Of a stretch of 64,000 nucleotides of DNA, positions 22,782 through 35,700 are shown in pieces. Both the position numbers and the translations under genes were made by a program. Below the pieces are notes generated by a model. It saw only the letters and a program-made list of their open reading frames with translations, ran no database searches and was not told the DNA's origin. The DNA is taken from the NCBI GenBank assembly GCA_026026165.1, contig JAPEUD010000104.1:1-64000 (forward strand), read 5' to 3'. This stretch comes from Sarea resinae (Eukaryota). Within the stretch, counting starts at the first letter, position 1. Each line of letters begins with the position of its first letter.

Positions 22782-23162
22782 GATTCATGCTGAAATCAAT
22801 TTGGTCGTAGCCAAGTTCATCACTGTCGTGTTCCGTCAATGGGGAATTGCATAATCATCACCGCGGGGTCTGTTCGTAGCGGTCATTTCGTGGTGGTGGT
22901 GGTCGTGTATCTGCTGCGTGTTGTGTGTAGAGAGAGGAAATCCGGGGAGACGTGTTGAAGGAGCTAGGCGACGCATATCGACGCGCTACCTTCCAAGTTG
23001 ACTTCACTGCCATGTACTGCTCCCAGTCTTCATCTCATCGACCAAGTCTGATCACCTTTGTGCTGCATCAATTCTACACCTCGGCCGCAAGTCTCCTCCC
23101 TTTCCCTCGCCGTCATCAGCCTCGCATTGGCATGTTGAAGCTCTTCGTCGCCTCTTCTCTCC

Positions 23163-25472
23163 ATGTCGGCATCCGGCCACTTCAGTAGCAGATTAGATCT
23201 CGAAACCGACAATGCCAGCCCACCATCTGAAACCGCAGGTCCTACGGACGGACAAAACGACCCAGCTAAGGTCTTCTTGGTCGTCCTTGCGTATCAAAGA
23301 GCGAACTCTGACTTCTTCCGCAGCTACGAGCTTCCTCATCGCATCTACACCGCAAAAGTCTACCCAACACCCTCCCCCAATGGTTCAACCATCATCGTCT
23401 ACGGCCATGAGCACGGCCTGCGAATCCTCTGGCGGGGCGGCCGCCCTCTCAAAGTCACAGCGCCTCCGAAGGAAAAGGTCCAAGTCAATGGCGCCGGCGG
23501 CAACAGCGACGCGATTATGATCATCGATTCCGATGAAGACGAAGCTCCCCCGCCTGCGCCAAAGCTACCACTTCTCGACGAGCCCGAGTTCGAAGATGAG
23601 GAGGAAGAATTTGATCCGTCAGAACCCTATCTACCCATCATCCAGGAGCTAGATCTTATACTGGGCACCGACGTGATGGAAATCTCGTTTCCATCAATCT
23701 CCCCCAGAACGCACGCCAAATACTCGTCTCAGCCTGCACTGTTTTCGCAGAGCCTAGTCATTGCGGCCGCCTGCGCTGACCGATCCGTCCGAGTCATCAC
23801 TCTACCCCTTCTGCCACCCTCGCGCGCCAGCAAAGAACGCACAGAATTAAAGGACAACGTCACGCTGGGAAACTGTGGAAACGGTGCCTGGGGAGAACGC
23901 ATGGTCACTATTGGCGGCAATTCAGGCCATCAAGACGTTCCCACAAGCATCTCTATAAGCTTCACTTCACAGGTTACTCCATCTTCAAGAGAAGACACGG
24001 ACATGGATGAAGGCGATGGTCTCTCGCGAAATCCCCGGTCCACAAGCAAACGACGGTCTACGTCACGAAGCCAATCGCGATCGGGCAGCCGTGGCAGGGA
24101 ATGGGACCTCCTGGTAGCATCTTACTCTGACGAAATATCTGGTCTTCTCCTTATCTCCCGACTTCCCCTTGCTTCGACGGATAAATCAAGCCAGAACATC
24201 TCTACGGGCCATATCATCCCAAGTCAGACACAGTACCTGTCAGCCCCCGCAAAATCCATCCACTTCAACCCGTCGCTCTACCCTTCAAAACGCCACTCTC
24301 AACTCCTCATCTCCGACACCCGCGGCGCCATACGCATCTACGATTGTCTATCGCATCCCTCGCGTCATCGAAGTTCCAGCTACGGCTTCTCCTCGTCATC
24401 CCAAGGCTCCTGGCTCATCTCTCTCTACGCGCCCTTTGCGAGCCCGCCAAAAGACGCCCCTACCACCTCCGCAAGAAAACAAATCATCTCTGCTACATGG
24501 ATCGTTGGCGGCCGAGCTGTTGCGGTTCTTCTAGCAGACGGCGAATGGGGTATTTGGGATATCGAAGGTGTGGGTCCCACGGCGCCAAAGTCACTTCTTG
24601 GGGCGGCAGGGACAGGAACAGTAGGGATATCAGGCGGTGCTACAACTTCATTCAGTCTGCGTGGTTGGGTCGATGGGTCCTCTGCGTCTTCTACGGCTTC
24701 CCGCCGCGACGTCTCTGCCCGGACCGGTGGTGGTGGTAGCAACAGCAGTGGCAGGTCGGGCAAATTGGCGCCCATGACACCTTCGACCCGTCGTGTGCGA
24801 GAAGAAGCGCTCTTTAGTGGGCCCGCCGGCACAACATCCTCGGGAGGCATTCCGCACGGCAGTCTGTCGGTTTCCAGCCGGCAATCCACGACCAATGATG
24901 ATGACGACCACGACCACGACGAGACGGTTCTCATTTACTATGGCGCAAACCTGTTCGCCATCCCGAGCCTCCTTTCCTACTGGCGTCGACAATCCCAATC
25001 CTCGTCAAGCGGCGGCTCCTTATTCAACACGTCGCCCGACCGAATCCTCAAGATCCAAGGCCTAGACCTCAAGGGCGAACTCATCTCAAATGGCATCGAG
25101 CAAATCCCCTCCACCTCCGCTCCTCCCAGCATGCGCGAAATTCTCATCCCCACCAACACGCGCATTCTCATCCTCTCCACTCCGTCCGGCGAACCCACCG
25201 TAAACCCAGACATTTTCGCCCCGACACGGCCCCAAATCCAAGGCTCTTCACGTCTTGGATTAGCGCCGCCGCCGTCGCAGCTGCTGCGCGCAAATGCAAA
25301 TGCAAGTGATAACGGAACGGCCGACCAGCAACTCCTCGCACGGGGCGAGCTCGACATTGGCGGCGTCGACAGGCTACTAACCAGCATGGCGGGTCCGTTC
25401 GCGGGGAGTCGACCGCAGACACGGGCGCCTATCCGGAATAAGAGCGGACGGCGAGTGGGATTCGCGAGATAG
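23163..25472 (+). CDS. NUP37: Nucleoporin Nup37 (fungal WD40-like beta-propeller)
   Basis: SYELPHRIYTAKVYP..SPNGSTIIVYGHEHGLRILWRGGRPLK...DAIMIIDSD and VLLADGEWGIWDIEG match my recollection of Pezizomycotina Nup37. A short in-frame intron is possible near 23270-23323. Confidence 0.8.
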   Translation: MSASGHFSSRLDLETDNASPPSETAGPTDGQNDPAKVFLVVLAYQRANSDFFRSYELPHRIYTAKVYPTPSPNGSTIIVYGHEHGLRILWRGGRPLKVTAPPKEKVQVNGAGGNSDAIMIIDSDEDEAPPPAPKLPLLDEPEFEDEEEEFDPSEPYLPIIQELDLILGTDVMEISFPSISPRTHAKYSSQPALFSQSLVIAAACADRSVRVITLPLLPPSRASKERTELKDNVTLGNCGNGAWGERMVTIGGNSGHQDVPTSISISFTSQVTPSSREDTDMDEGDGLSRNPRSTSKRRSTSRSQSRSGSRGREWDLLVASYSDEISGLLLISRLPLASTDKSSQNISTGHIIPSQTQYLSAPAKSIHFNPSLYPSKRHSQLLISDTRGAIRIYDCLSHPSRHRSSSYGFSSSSQGSWLISLYAPFASPPKDAPTTSARKQIISATWIVGGRAVAVLLADGEWGIWDIEGVGPTAPKSLLGAAGTGTVGISGGATTSFSLRGWVDGSSASSTASRRDVSARTGGGGSNSSGRSGKLAPMTPSTRRVREEALFSGPAGTTSSGGIPHGSLSVSSRQSTTNDDDDHDHDETVLIYYGANLFAIPSLLSYWRRQSQSSSSGGSLFNTSPDRILKIQGLDLKGELISNGIEQIPSTSAPPSMREILIPTNTRILILSTPSGEPTVNPDIFAPTRPQIQGSSRLGLAPPPSQLLRANANASDNGTADQQLLARGELDIGGVDRLLTSMAGPFAGSRPQTRAPIRNKSGRRVGFAR

Positions 25473-27302
25473 GATTTGTCCTTGTCCACTGATTGATTCG
25501 TTGTCTCGTCCCCTGACCTCTACCTCTCTTCTCTTCACTTCTAAGAAGTATCCTACGTTGAATCCTTCCGCCAGTCACTTGACTTCCTTCCGAATGATCG
25601 ATCGCATGGTCATCTGTGTATACTAGCATAAATCCAGGTCGGAGCCGAATACCAATATAAGCCACAACTTTCGCCTGGCAGGTAGGTAGGTCCCTCTGTT
25701 CCGCTTGCCTCGCACCGTGTTCATCCCTCTCTCGCCCTCTCTGTCTCCCTATCTCTCCCTCTTCTCTCCCCTTCCTGCTCTTCCCTCCTCTCACGAGCGA
25801 CAGGGGCAGAAAGAAAAAGAATCCGAAATTCGCAAACCAAGGTGGAGCACAGCCGCGAGACCCATGCCTGCAGCTCTGTATGCTTGCGATAGATCAAACC
25901 ACCCGACAAGATCCATCGAATCCATTCTATTCATTCACGCCCTCTACGCGAGGGTGTGATGTGTAGGGGACGGTGGTCTCTGTCGTTGTCTCCGTCTCTG
26001 TCTTTTTCTTCTTGTCTGCTTCTCTTCTTTTTAGGGAGGGCAGACGGAAGTCGATCTGTCTGTTGGCTCTTGCTCTGGTCGGCTCTCCGCTCCTTTCTCG
26101 AGGCTTTCTCGTCTTGCTCTCGTGGTGAGGGGAGGGGCTAAGGGGGAGGGGAATGGGTTGGCTGGTTGGTTGAGAGATAGATAGACGGACGGATTAGTAG
26201 ACAGAGAGACATACATGCACTTTTCCTTTGCTATCCTATTCTCACTACGCTACACCTTACTTCATTGTCCTCTTGTAATAAATGATAACAACAACAATAA
26301 CAAAAACGCCCTGCTTAGCCCTTTGAATGCTATAAACTCTCTACTAGTAAACGTAAAGACCTCGATCAAACTATTTTGTAAAATGTATCACTCTGTGAAG
26401 TGCGCTTCTATACAGTAGGCAAATAGGCATAGCCCCGATGAGCCGGGTTATAGTAGTCTTTTTGGCGCACGGAGGAACAGGTTTGCCTATTTTACCAGAC
26501 CTTACACCTTCACTCACGAATATACGAGATAATCTCTAGATCTGACTGTTCTTTGGTTACCAGCTTACTTGCTTGCTTATTTACTAGTCACGGAATAAGT
26601 CGGTCAGAAACTCATGATTATTATTTTTGGAAATAGTTCAGATTAATAGAATAATTATTGATTGATCGATTGATTGATCGAATGATTTCATGTCATATTA
26701 TACCATCACGATGCACAAGGATATTTCACCATATCGATGAAGAGCCAACGCAGGCCGGCAGCAATTACTAGCCTACCAGCCAGCAACATCCTATCAAGAT
26801 GTTCTTCTGCCTTCACTTGATATTGGTCCTCACTTTATTTTGGTCTTCAGTTCACTTCATTTCCCGTCTTCGCTCTATTCCAGTCTTCACTTCCATTTTG
26901 AATGGTTATTTTCATTCTCATTCTCATTCGCATCTCCATCTTCATCTTCATCATCATTCTCATTTTCATTTCTCTCATGCCGTCATACTCTGTCTGCTCA
27001 TACGATACTGGCCAGCCACCCTCCCACCGACCCACCCACATTCTCACTCACTCACTCACACAGGAAACGGACCAAGCATGCATGCTTCCATAGTATTGAC
27101 TAGGATAGGAGCCGCTGGAAGGGTTGCCTCGTGCGTTTCTTGTCCGTCGGTCGTCCAGCCGGTCAGTCGGGCGATCCGAACGAAATTTCTGGACCCTGGG
27201 GTGCCACGACCGAGAGTACATCGCGAGTCCCCTCGGACTGTGTACCGTCCCACCCAAGCGTCACATCATGCCTCTCTGATGGCGCGCTTCGTTCAAACCC
27301 CG

Positions 27303-29750
27303 CTAACCGGTCCACCCAAACTTCTCCAATTCTCCCCTGACCTCCTTCTCCGTCCCCATCTTCTTGACCTGCGTGTCCTCCAGTTTCTCTCCACCCGCGA
27401 ACCGCATCTTCAAGTCGTCAATCGCGCGCAATTTCTTCAGCAGCCCTCGAATCTTCTTCTCGTGCGGGCTTCCACTGCCATCGGGAGAGGCGATCGACGT
27501 GGCAGAGGCCGGCTGCGGTGCTTGCGGGCTCTCTGCTGCGGGTCGGATGGCGAGGTTGGCGACGGGCGTGGTCGTGCCCTCTGCTGTCCCGTTGCGCCCT
27601 TGTCCTTGGCCATTACGTTGGTTCCTGTTCTGCTGCGGGCCTCGATCGGCTTTGGATCGGCTTCGTTCGTGACTTTTGCGGTCGGTGTTTGGAGCTGGGG
27701 TGTTGACGACTTCACCGTCGACGGCACCCTCTCCCTGGTTCAACTTCCTGGCCTTTCGCTTCTTGTTCTTCAAGGCAGCCTTGGACAGGTTTGCGTCGGA
27801 GGCGGCAAGACTGACTCCGCCGTCTGGCGCCGCTCCGGGAACGGTCTCGGCCACAGGTTCCGCGCCCGGTACTTCTCGCCTTCTCGGTTTGCCAAATCCA
27901 TTCACGCCTCCACTGGTCGAAGAGATGCCGTTGTTGATGTGAGCGGCACCACCCTCGTCCTCTCTCTTAAAGTGTAACGGCGTAAGCTGTCCCCGAGCGC
28001 CAGGTGGCCGGTACGCGCCTGCGGGCTTGGAGGGCGTCTTGACCGTGCCAAGATAGGCGAGAGCAGAGACGTGCGGCGTGGGCAAAGGATGAAATGGATT
28101 CTCGATAGGATGCTGTAAAGTTGATTGTGGGCGCCAGCAGACCTACGTCGTTTGTTAGTGACCGGAAAAGGACAACCATGACGACCACATACATCGTACA
28201 ACTCCGTCAGTTCTTCGTTATACTGAATAGCACCTCCTACATGCCAGATCCGAACACCGTTGTCGACGCGCAGCCGTGGACTTGTGGTGGCTGTCAAGAT
28301 ATGTTTCCCGTCCGGACTCCATTCGCACACACTGGCGTTGCTAGCTTCGATGGTGCAAATCTTTTTGTAATCTTTTTCGAGATCGTAAATGTCCATCTGG
28401 CCAGCAAGGTTTCCAAATCCAGCGACGAGGACGAATCGGCCATGGGGCGAGAAGAGGATGGTATTTCGGGGTGCTAGAGCAAAGTTGTGCGTCACAACGG
28501 CGCGAGCATTGAAGATGGTCGCTTTCGCAGGCATGTATCCGTACACGACACCAAACTCCTTCGAGTTTGGCGACCATGTTACATCATGGATAGGGCCCTC
28601 TTTATCTGTTGAGTCTTAGCAAGTAGTCATCCAATAGTCATAGACTGCCCTACCAAGCTGGATGCGCGAGTCGAATCCACCATTGGCACTGAGTAAATAT
28701 AAATTCGTCTCTCCATAATAACTCTTCCCTGTCTTGTCGACTTCAGTCTGAGCAAGAACGATCAGGCTAGTCCCGAGGTCATTCCATTTCAATTGCACCT
28801 TGTCTCCCTTGAAGAAAGTCTTCTGAGAGGCTGGCGTAGTGAACTGGGGCACGTTGAAGACTTTGACGGCGGCAGGTTGGCCCTGAGATGGTTAGTAGGA
28901 AAGCAAACGGCCGAGAAAGTGAAATACCTTGCGCTCTGGAACAAAAACAGCAACTGAATGGTTCTTGCCAGGCGAAAGGGCAAAATCTGCCACCCCCTCC
29001 ACACGCAACTTGTTCCAAACCGTTCCAAGGTCGCCGCTGCGGTAGAATTGCACTTCATTCGTGACCACACGCGCGCAGAATTCCTCGTCGTACGTATACT
29101 GCAGGTTCCATCCAGTCTGCGACTTTTGCACGAATCGGCCCACCACACGGTGCTCCTCGTCCGGGACACCCTCTTCGATGACTCTCCAGACCTTCAGATT
29201 CTTGACCGCATTGCCCTCTTCGTCTTTCGACGACCTCTGCCAGGTAATGATGAAGGTACCCAGAGGAGAGAAGCCGAGCTCGAAGACATTCTCGGCTGGC
29301 AGTGTAGTAATCACATGGCCGACGGAGGCATCGATCACAGTGACCCTGGAAAATGATCAGTCCGGGGTCAGTCCACGGCATGTCCACGAGAGAACTTACT
29401 TTTCGGGCGAAGCCCAGGCGAAGTAACGGCCGCAGGGCGAGTAAACACAACAGCGCAAATTACCTTCAGGCCTATTCGAAAAGTCAGCTACACAGGACAA
29501 TCCAGACGCTGTCCAAAGGCGCAAAGTCTGCTCTTCTCTCTTGCCCTCACAAAGGAAGATCGAGTCATACCTCTCGAAGCCAGGTAATGGCTCATAGACA
29601 GGGGCAGCATCCACAACTCCAATGCCCTTCAACGTTCGGTCTGGTCAAGCGCATCGCTGTCAGTATGCAGACCTCATCTCCGGAAGCCTCAATGGACGCA
29701 AGGAGAGCATCGATGGGGCACTCACAAGCAAACTGCGTCGGAGCTGCCAT
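27303..29750 (-). CDS. eIF2A: Eukaryotic translation initiation factor 2A
   Basis: Multi-exon: MAAPTQFA|YRT..., FSPLGTFIITWQR, QTEVDKTGKSYYGETNLYLL, GFGNLAGQMDIYD, TATTSPRLRVDNG, AYRPPGARG and KKIRGLLKKLRAIDDLK. Confidence 0.95.
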
Positions 29751-30861
29751 GACTAGCTAAAGCCACGAACTTGACGAAGCGGTGAATGCGAGAGAAAGGT
29801 CGAAGCCCAGTCGGTGCCGGTATGCACAGCTCTGTCGGGAATGCGAAGACGGGATAGATGGCAAAAGCGAGGTCTTTGCGGACTTGAGCCTTGGAAGTGG
29901 CAGAGCTCGTTGACAGATCTCGGGGACCGTCAAGGCAGAGGGGCAGGTTGGTGGAGAATGGAAGGAGAAGACGACTTCGTCTCGAGGTGAGGGCGCACAA
30001 AGAAGGGCGGGCCAAGCAGGCAGGGCAGGCAGTGCAGGCAGGTGTAGACAGGCCAGTGAATGGAGGTGAGACGGCGACCTGGGACACAAGGGGACCAACC
30101 TGTACCGGCTAGGAGGAGAAGAAGCGGACGGGGGAGAAGGGGGGGGGGGAGGGGGGGAGGGAGAAGAAGAGAGTGGAGGCAGTAGAAGTGGAAGCGTACA
30201 GCAGTCGACTATCGTCTTTCTCTTCGTCTTTCTTCCCTCGCCGTTCCAGAAGTTCCTCTTTCACAACTGGCCATGGTCAGGTCTCGTTTACCGCCCTGGC
30301 GGTGGGGAGGTCGAGGTACTGCCGATCACCGCACCGCGATCGTGGCGATGCAAGTAGAGATACCATCCCGTTTCACAGTCACATCTATCCGTTCTCGGTC
30401 TAGTCGGTTCGAGTTGATGCATTGGCCGTGGATGCACAATTTCACCAGCCCGCGCGGTATTACGGGGGGATCATTCACCTCACTACACCTTGACCGCCGA
30501 TGCACCACGGTAGATCACCGATCATCGATCACGACTCAGTTTGCATCGTGATATGAATATCGCTTTGCTTTGCTTTTTTCCGAGTGAGCTACACGGATGT
30601 CGTTGCCATATGGGCACAACGCTTCAGAGCAAGACACGAGAGCATCGGCAGCAGGCAGCCAGAGCAATCAACGCAGCAGAGCAAAGAAACAAAGGGGAAG
30701 CCATGGATATCATTGACAGAGATTCGAAGCCCCGCAGACAATCAACTCGCATCTCTCCACCCACACAGAGCGAGCGTAACCCTTGCAAATACGTGCAGAA
30801 GGAACGGAAAGCAATGAGCAAGGCATGACGGTTCATACGTTCGTAACGGCTGCAATGCCCT

Positions 30862-31910
30862 CTACTTTTCCTCAAAGTAGAACTTGCCGAGCCCCTTCCC
30901 ACTCTCCTTCTGCTCGTCGGGGCTGCCCATGGCCCTCTGCGTCGACTCGCCTTGCTCCAGTCTCTCCCGTAGGATTCTTTCGGCAGTCTCCGTGCCAGTC
31001 GCGCTAGCGTTTCTTCCGTGTGCGGGTGGCGGGGTGCGAGCGGCCGTATCGACCACCCCAGCGTCATACGTCAAGCCATCGAGCATCCTCGCATCCTTTC
31101 TCTGCTCAGCAGCGCTGGCGGTGGTATTGGTGGTATTGGTCGTGGTGGACGATGCAGGAGACGCAACGCCAGCCATCGGACTTCCCTGCTGTAGGTAGCC
31201 GGGCACTGCACTTGCTTTGCCGATCGTGGGACTGGCCACACCACTCTGTCGTCCAGGGTTCCTTCCAACGGCGCTAGAGGTGGGCCCGCTGATGGTACTG
31301 CTCGCTCCCTCTCCGAAACCTACGAGACTGGCGTTGCCCTCATCGGAAAACCCGCCGGTGCTTGAGCTGCCATCATCTTGGTCTTCACTCATCTTGTCTG
31401 GATCGTAGGTGTCGCTCCCACTGGCCCATGTAGTTCGACCGCCAACACTACCCGTGGCACTAGCACTCCCGACCGTGCTGCGCTCTTTGAGGTGCGCATT
31501 CGCATTGTCAAAATAGCCAGGAGATGGGCCAGTGCCGGCACCAGGAACTAGTGAGCTCGCGCCGGGTTGTCGGACGGTCGCAAGGCGCTCAAGGCCGGCG
31601 AGACGGGAGATGCGATCCGCGCGTTCGGCATCTAGAGTCGTGGTTGATGTGTTTGAGGCTGACGAGGAAGTGTGTTGGTGGCCATGAGACGGATGGTGAC
31701 CCTGATGACCATCTTTGATCGCAGTGGTCGACAGTGCGGAGAGAGAGGTAGTAGTGGAGCCGGGGGTGCCCCTAGTAGCCCAGTCAGAATCATTTGGGAT
31801 CTTGTCATCGCAAAGCTGAAAGACATTCAGGCAACTTACGGTCCCATGTCTGATGGAGTAACCGGGTCCGATGGGGGAGGAGGGAGATTGATCAAAGTCG
31901 GGGCCGACAT
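30862..31910 (-). CDS. Ser/Thr/Gly-rich low-complexity protein, probably a conserved fungal family (possibly RfeF-like)
   Basis: MSAPTLINLPPPPSDPVTPSDMGP|GTPGS...SALSTTAIKDGH...DAERADRISRLAGLER...GKFYFEEK. Intron at 31839-31772 (GTAAGT...TCTGAC...CTAG). The family name is from memory only. Confidence 0.75.
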
Positions 31911-32784
31911 GGTGATGAGAGGTTATATGAACAAAAGGTAGATAGGCTTCCGCCCTTTCGATCAGCGTAGGGGCGAGTGGTACGGTGATGATGATGATGA
32001 TGGGAGGTGCTGGTGGGATTGGGATCGAACGGGATCTCTCCTTGGTGGCCAAGTTGGTCCTTCCTGCCCGACGAGTCGGCTGTTGCCGAGATAGAGCAAT
32101 GGCCGATATGAAGACAGGCGTACGACCAAGTCAAGAGTACTCAAGGAGGGATGCGAATGTGTATTCAGGATGGTGACACTTCTTGTAATTGAGGATGAGG
32201 ATGATCATATGGGCATGGTAGGGAGGTAGGTGGGTAAGTAAGTCGTGGTCAGGCTGGGAAGGGCCATGGAGGAAGGTAAGGTAGGTACCTGGTAAGGCAG
32301 TCCCGTCAGTAGGACGAGCTGAAGCATGACGTGCCTTACAGCTGCTCCTGTCGCACCAAAACACTGCGCTCGGAGGGAGCCGTCGTCGGTACTTGAGAGA
32401 TCCCGTCGGAACTCACCTGAGTGTGGGTACCGGGTACTTTCCCCCCTCTCCCGATCAAACGTGGGGTTGATCGGGCGAGTAACACGCTACGCCTGATCCG
32501 TCGCGTCTGGATTCCACGAAGCCATCTGGGCCATCTCCTTACTTCCTCGGCGGCAATAACAATAAACATCAATCAACCATGATATTGATTACGCTCTATA
32601 TAGATCGCCCCACGGACAGGCTCTAGATTGTATTGCATGGAATTGAATTAAGGAATTGTATTGAGATGTCGGATTATTCAGATAACGTAGGGGATGTGGT
32701 CGAAATCAACTAAGAGATAGAAGAGATAGAAGAACAGAAGAACAGAAGAAGTGACATGAAGTCCATATCACCGGGCTCCACCAC

Positions 32785-35700
32785 CTAGAGCGTGAGTACA
32801 CCTCGGCTTTGATACGCCTTCCTTTCGTCCTCGATCATCTGAATTGCCTCCTCCACATTACCGTCCACGGCTTGCGCGTAAACAAACAATCTGTCTTCGT
32901 TTGACTTATATCCCATGAGTAACAGTTGCTGCACGCAGTAGTCTATGTCTGCTTCTCGCGTTCTACGGCGCGATGAAGGCTTGGCTGGGGGATGCTCGAC
33001 AGTCCGGACAAATGAGTCGTAGAGACTCTCCTCTTGTTCCAAACGAGATTCGGCATCAGCCAAAGGATCAAAAGGGCCCGCAAGCCTGGACCCCGGCAGA
33101 GGTGAGCCGATCCGAGCAGAGAACGGATGGGCTACGCGTTGACGCGGAGTAGAGAACGGATTTCTGGAAGGTACTGATTCTTGAACATTCTGAGGAGTGA
33201 GCGGCTCCATGGAGGGCAGGGCAGGAAATGGTTTCGAATCGTTGAATGACCCATTCTCAAATTGCGAGAGAGATGGGAAGCGAGACATCTCAGAGATTGG
33301 AGAGTCATTATCACGAAACGCCTTGGCCTTGCCTGCGGCCCGTGACGCTCTCGGGATGTCTTCGAAAAAAGTAGATGACCCTAATCCGGTGGAAGAAACT
33401 TTGCGAGCATCGATACCATGACGATGGTCCCCGTCCCCTTTATCGGGATTGCTAATGCTCTCTGTGTGGGATGGCTCAATACCTTCCTCCAGTCGTTCAT
33501 AACCCCAAGGCGGCTTAATGTGTGTGGCTTCAGCATCTTCAGTATCCGTGTCATCGGCTGGGTAGTCGCTTCCATTCTCACAGATCAATGACCGACTGTC
33601 CTTTGACTCAGCCGTGTTCGAAAACGAGGCAGGTCGAGGACCTAGCTGGTCATCCCATATAGCGTCCGAGCGAGGGGGTAGTGGGTTTGTGGACAGCTTG
33701 CGGCGAGGGTTTGGGTCCTCGCTCTTGAACGGACGTGACAAATCCAGCGCTTCGGAACGCCGCATCAAGGGATCGACAGTCGAACGATGATGCCGCAATC
33801 GCGAAGGCTTGATAGGCTCTGCTTGTGGTCTTTGTGGTCTTGACGTCTCCTTCTCAACCAAAGATGCAAAAGGCTGCGGAGAAAATGACCTTGGAGTCCA
33901 TTGATTTTGCGAGGCCGGATGCCAAGATTGTCTATGGTGTAGTGGCCTTGACAAGCCCCTTGTGAATGAAGGTGACTCCGTTGGAGGTGCTGGGAAGTCA
34001 ACGTGATGTGGCCTTGCAAACGGTGGAAGAGCTGCATGGAAATGCCCCTCGCGTTTCGAATTGGTCGGAACCGGAGGCGGCCGCCAGAAAGAGGAGAGAT
34101 AATCATCCCTAGACCCAATCCGAAAGGGTGCCGACTCCTCAGATAGATGAATTGGTCCATGCTTTGGCAGCCGAGGCCATGCTGGAGGCTGCCGACCATC
34201 CACTAGAGGACTTGCCGAACGTCGTCGAAATGACTCTTCCCTGGGACCAACTGGATTTGATTGAGATTTCAGGTCATCATATAGGCTGTCGCTGACGAAA
34301 TTGCGAGGATCTACGTACTCGTAAGCCAGACGTGGTGATGGCTCTGGCGATGATTTCTTATTGTAATGGCGATCTGATGGGACCCTATGTGGATCACGGT
34401 TGAAGTCTCCTGAGTGTCGAGGAGAAAAGCCAAGATCATGTTCGAAACGGCGATCGTGATTCTCCCTATCCAGTCTCGAGGGGTCACTGGCATGGTCCTC
34501 TTTATGAGCCCTTTTCGTATCCGGAACGACCACATTATCGTCCACGTTAGATGCGGGCTTAATTGAACCCATCTGACCATCTTTCGCGTTCTTCGCCGGC
34601 GTGGTACTATGTCTTTCGGGCTTTCCCATTGCTGGCGGGAATTTGTCTTCCCTCAAACCATTTGCAAAACAAGGCGCAGATGCAAGACGAACTGAAGCAG
34701 GATTCGCGAGGCGTTCCGAGCGGTTTGCTGCAGATTCTACAGGCGGCTTAACCTTATCTTGCACGGACTGCTCCAAGGGTCGCGAGCAGGCTTCTTTCTT
34801 GGGTGTCGCAGCCGAAGTGTTCGGCTCACTCCGAGCCACTGGTTCTCGCTGGGCAGGTTCAGGCAGATTCGTAGCTGCAGAACTGCGCGCGTTACTCTCT
34901 GAACCTTGTGGCTCAGAAGCGGATGCTAAAAAGTTCATGAACGCATCGTGCAAAGAAGCATCCGACGAACCAACGGCAGCATCTTGCCGTCTTCCAGGAG
35001 ACTGCTGAGTGGGAGCGCTAAATGAAGATAGTACGCTTTTTCCAAACTCCGCGGCTTCAAGGGCGGCACCTTTAAAACCACCGATAGCACCATCGATGAA
35101 TTGTCGTTCAGCTCGGCCGATTTGATCAGCGGCAGCATCTGGCGTCATTGTTGAGGACTGTATCGTGCTCGCTGCTTGCTGAATATGTGAACCAACTTCT
35201 TCTATGGTACCACGAACAACTTGCTCGAGCGTATCTGGAAGTTCCCGCTGCATTTGGAATATACGTTGTTGAGTTTCGGGCAGGTTAGCTTGAACCTGGG
35301 ATGCCAGAAGTCCCAAGCCATCCATCATTGACTTGAGGCCAGAAGCGAACAATTCTGCAGGGGTTGCGTCGTGCTGCTGGGGAGTGGGAGCAGCTGGAAC
35401 TGGAGATGGCGCTGACGCTGGTTCCGTGAACCCGCGTTCAGGAGCCAAAGGCATACTAGCCCCTCGAACTTGCTGCTCGTGAGATGCTGAAACAGGAGCA
35501 CTGGAGCGAGGAGGCGTCGGTTCCACCAGCTTTGCCAGCTCAGCCTCAAAGATCTCGAGAAGAGGTCTACGCGATGGCCCATCAGAGTTGCTTTTCGGCG
35601 AGATTATCTCACAATCTTCGGTTTTCTTGACGCATGGCTCAGGGGACTTCTTTGCGGAAGAGGTCGAAATATGCTCCACTTCGATGTCTGGGTTCGTACT

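Noticed and set aside
26799..27977. 392-aa + strand ORF
   Set aside because: It is the antisense shadow of the eIF2A last exon plus microsatellite-like 3' sequence (TCAT/CATT runs).
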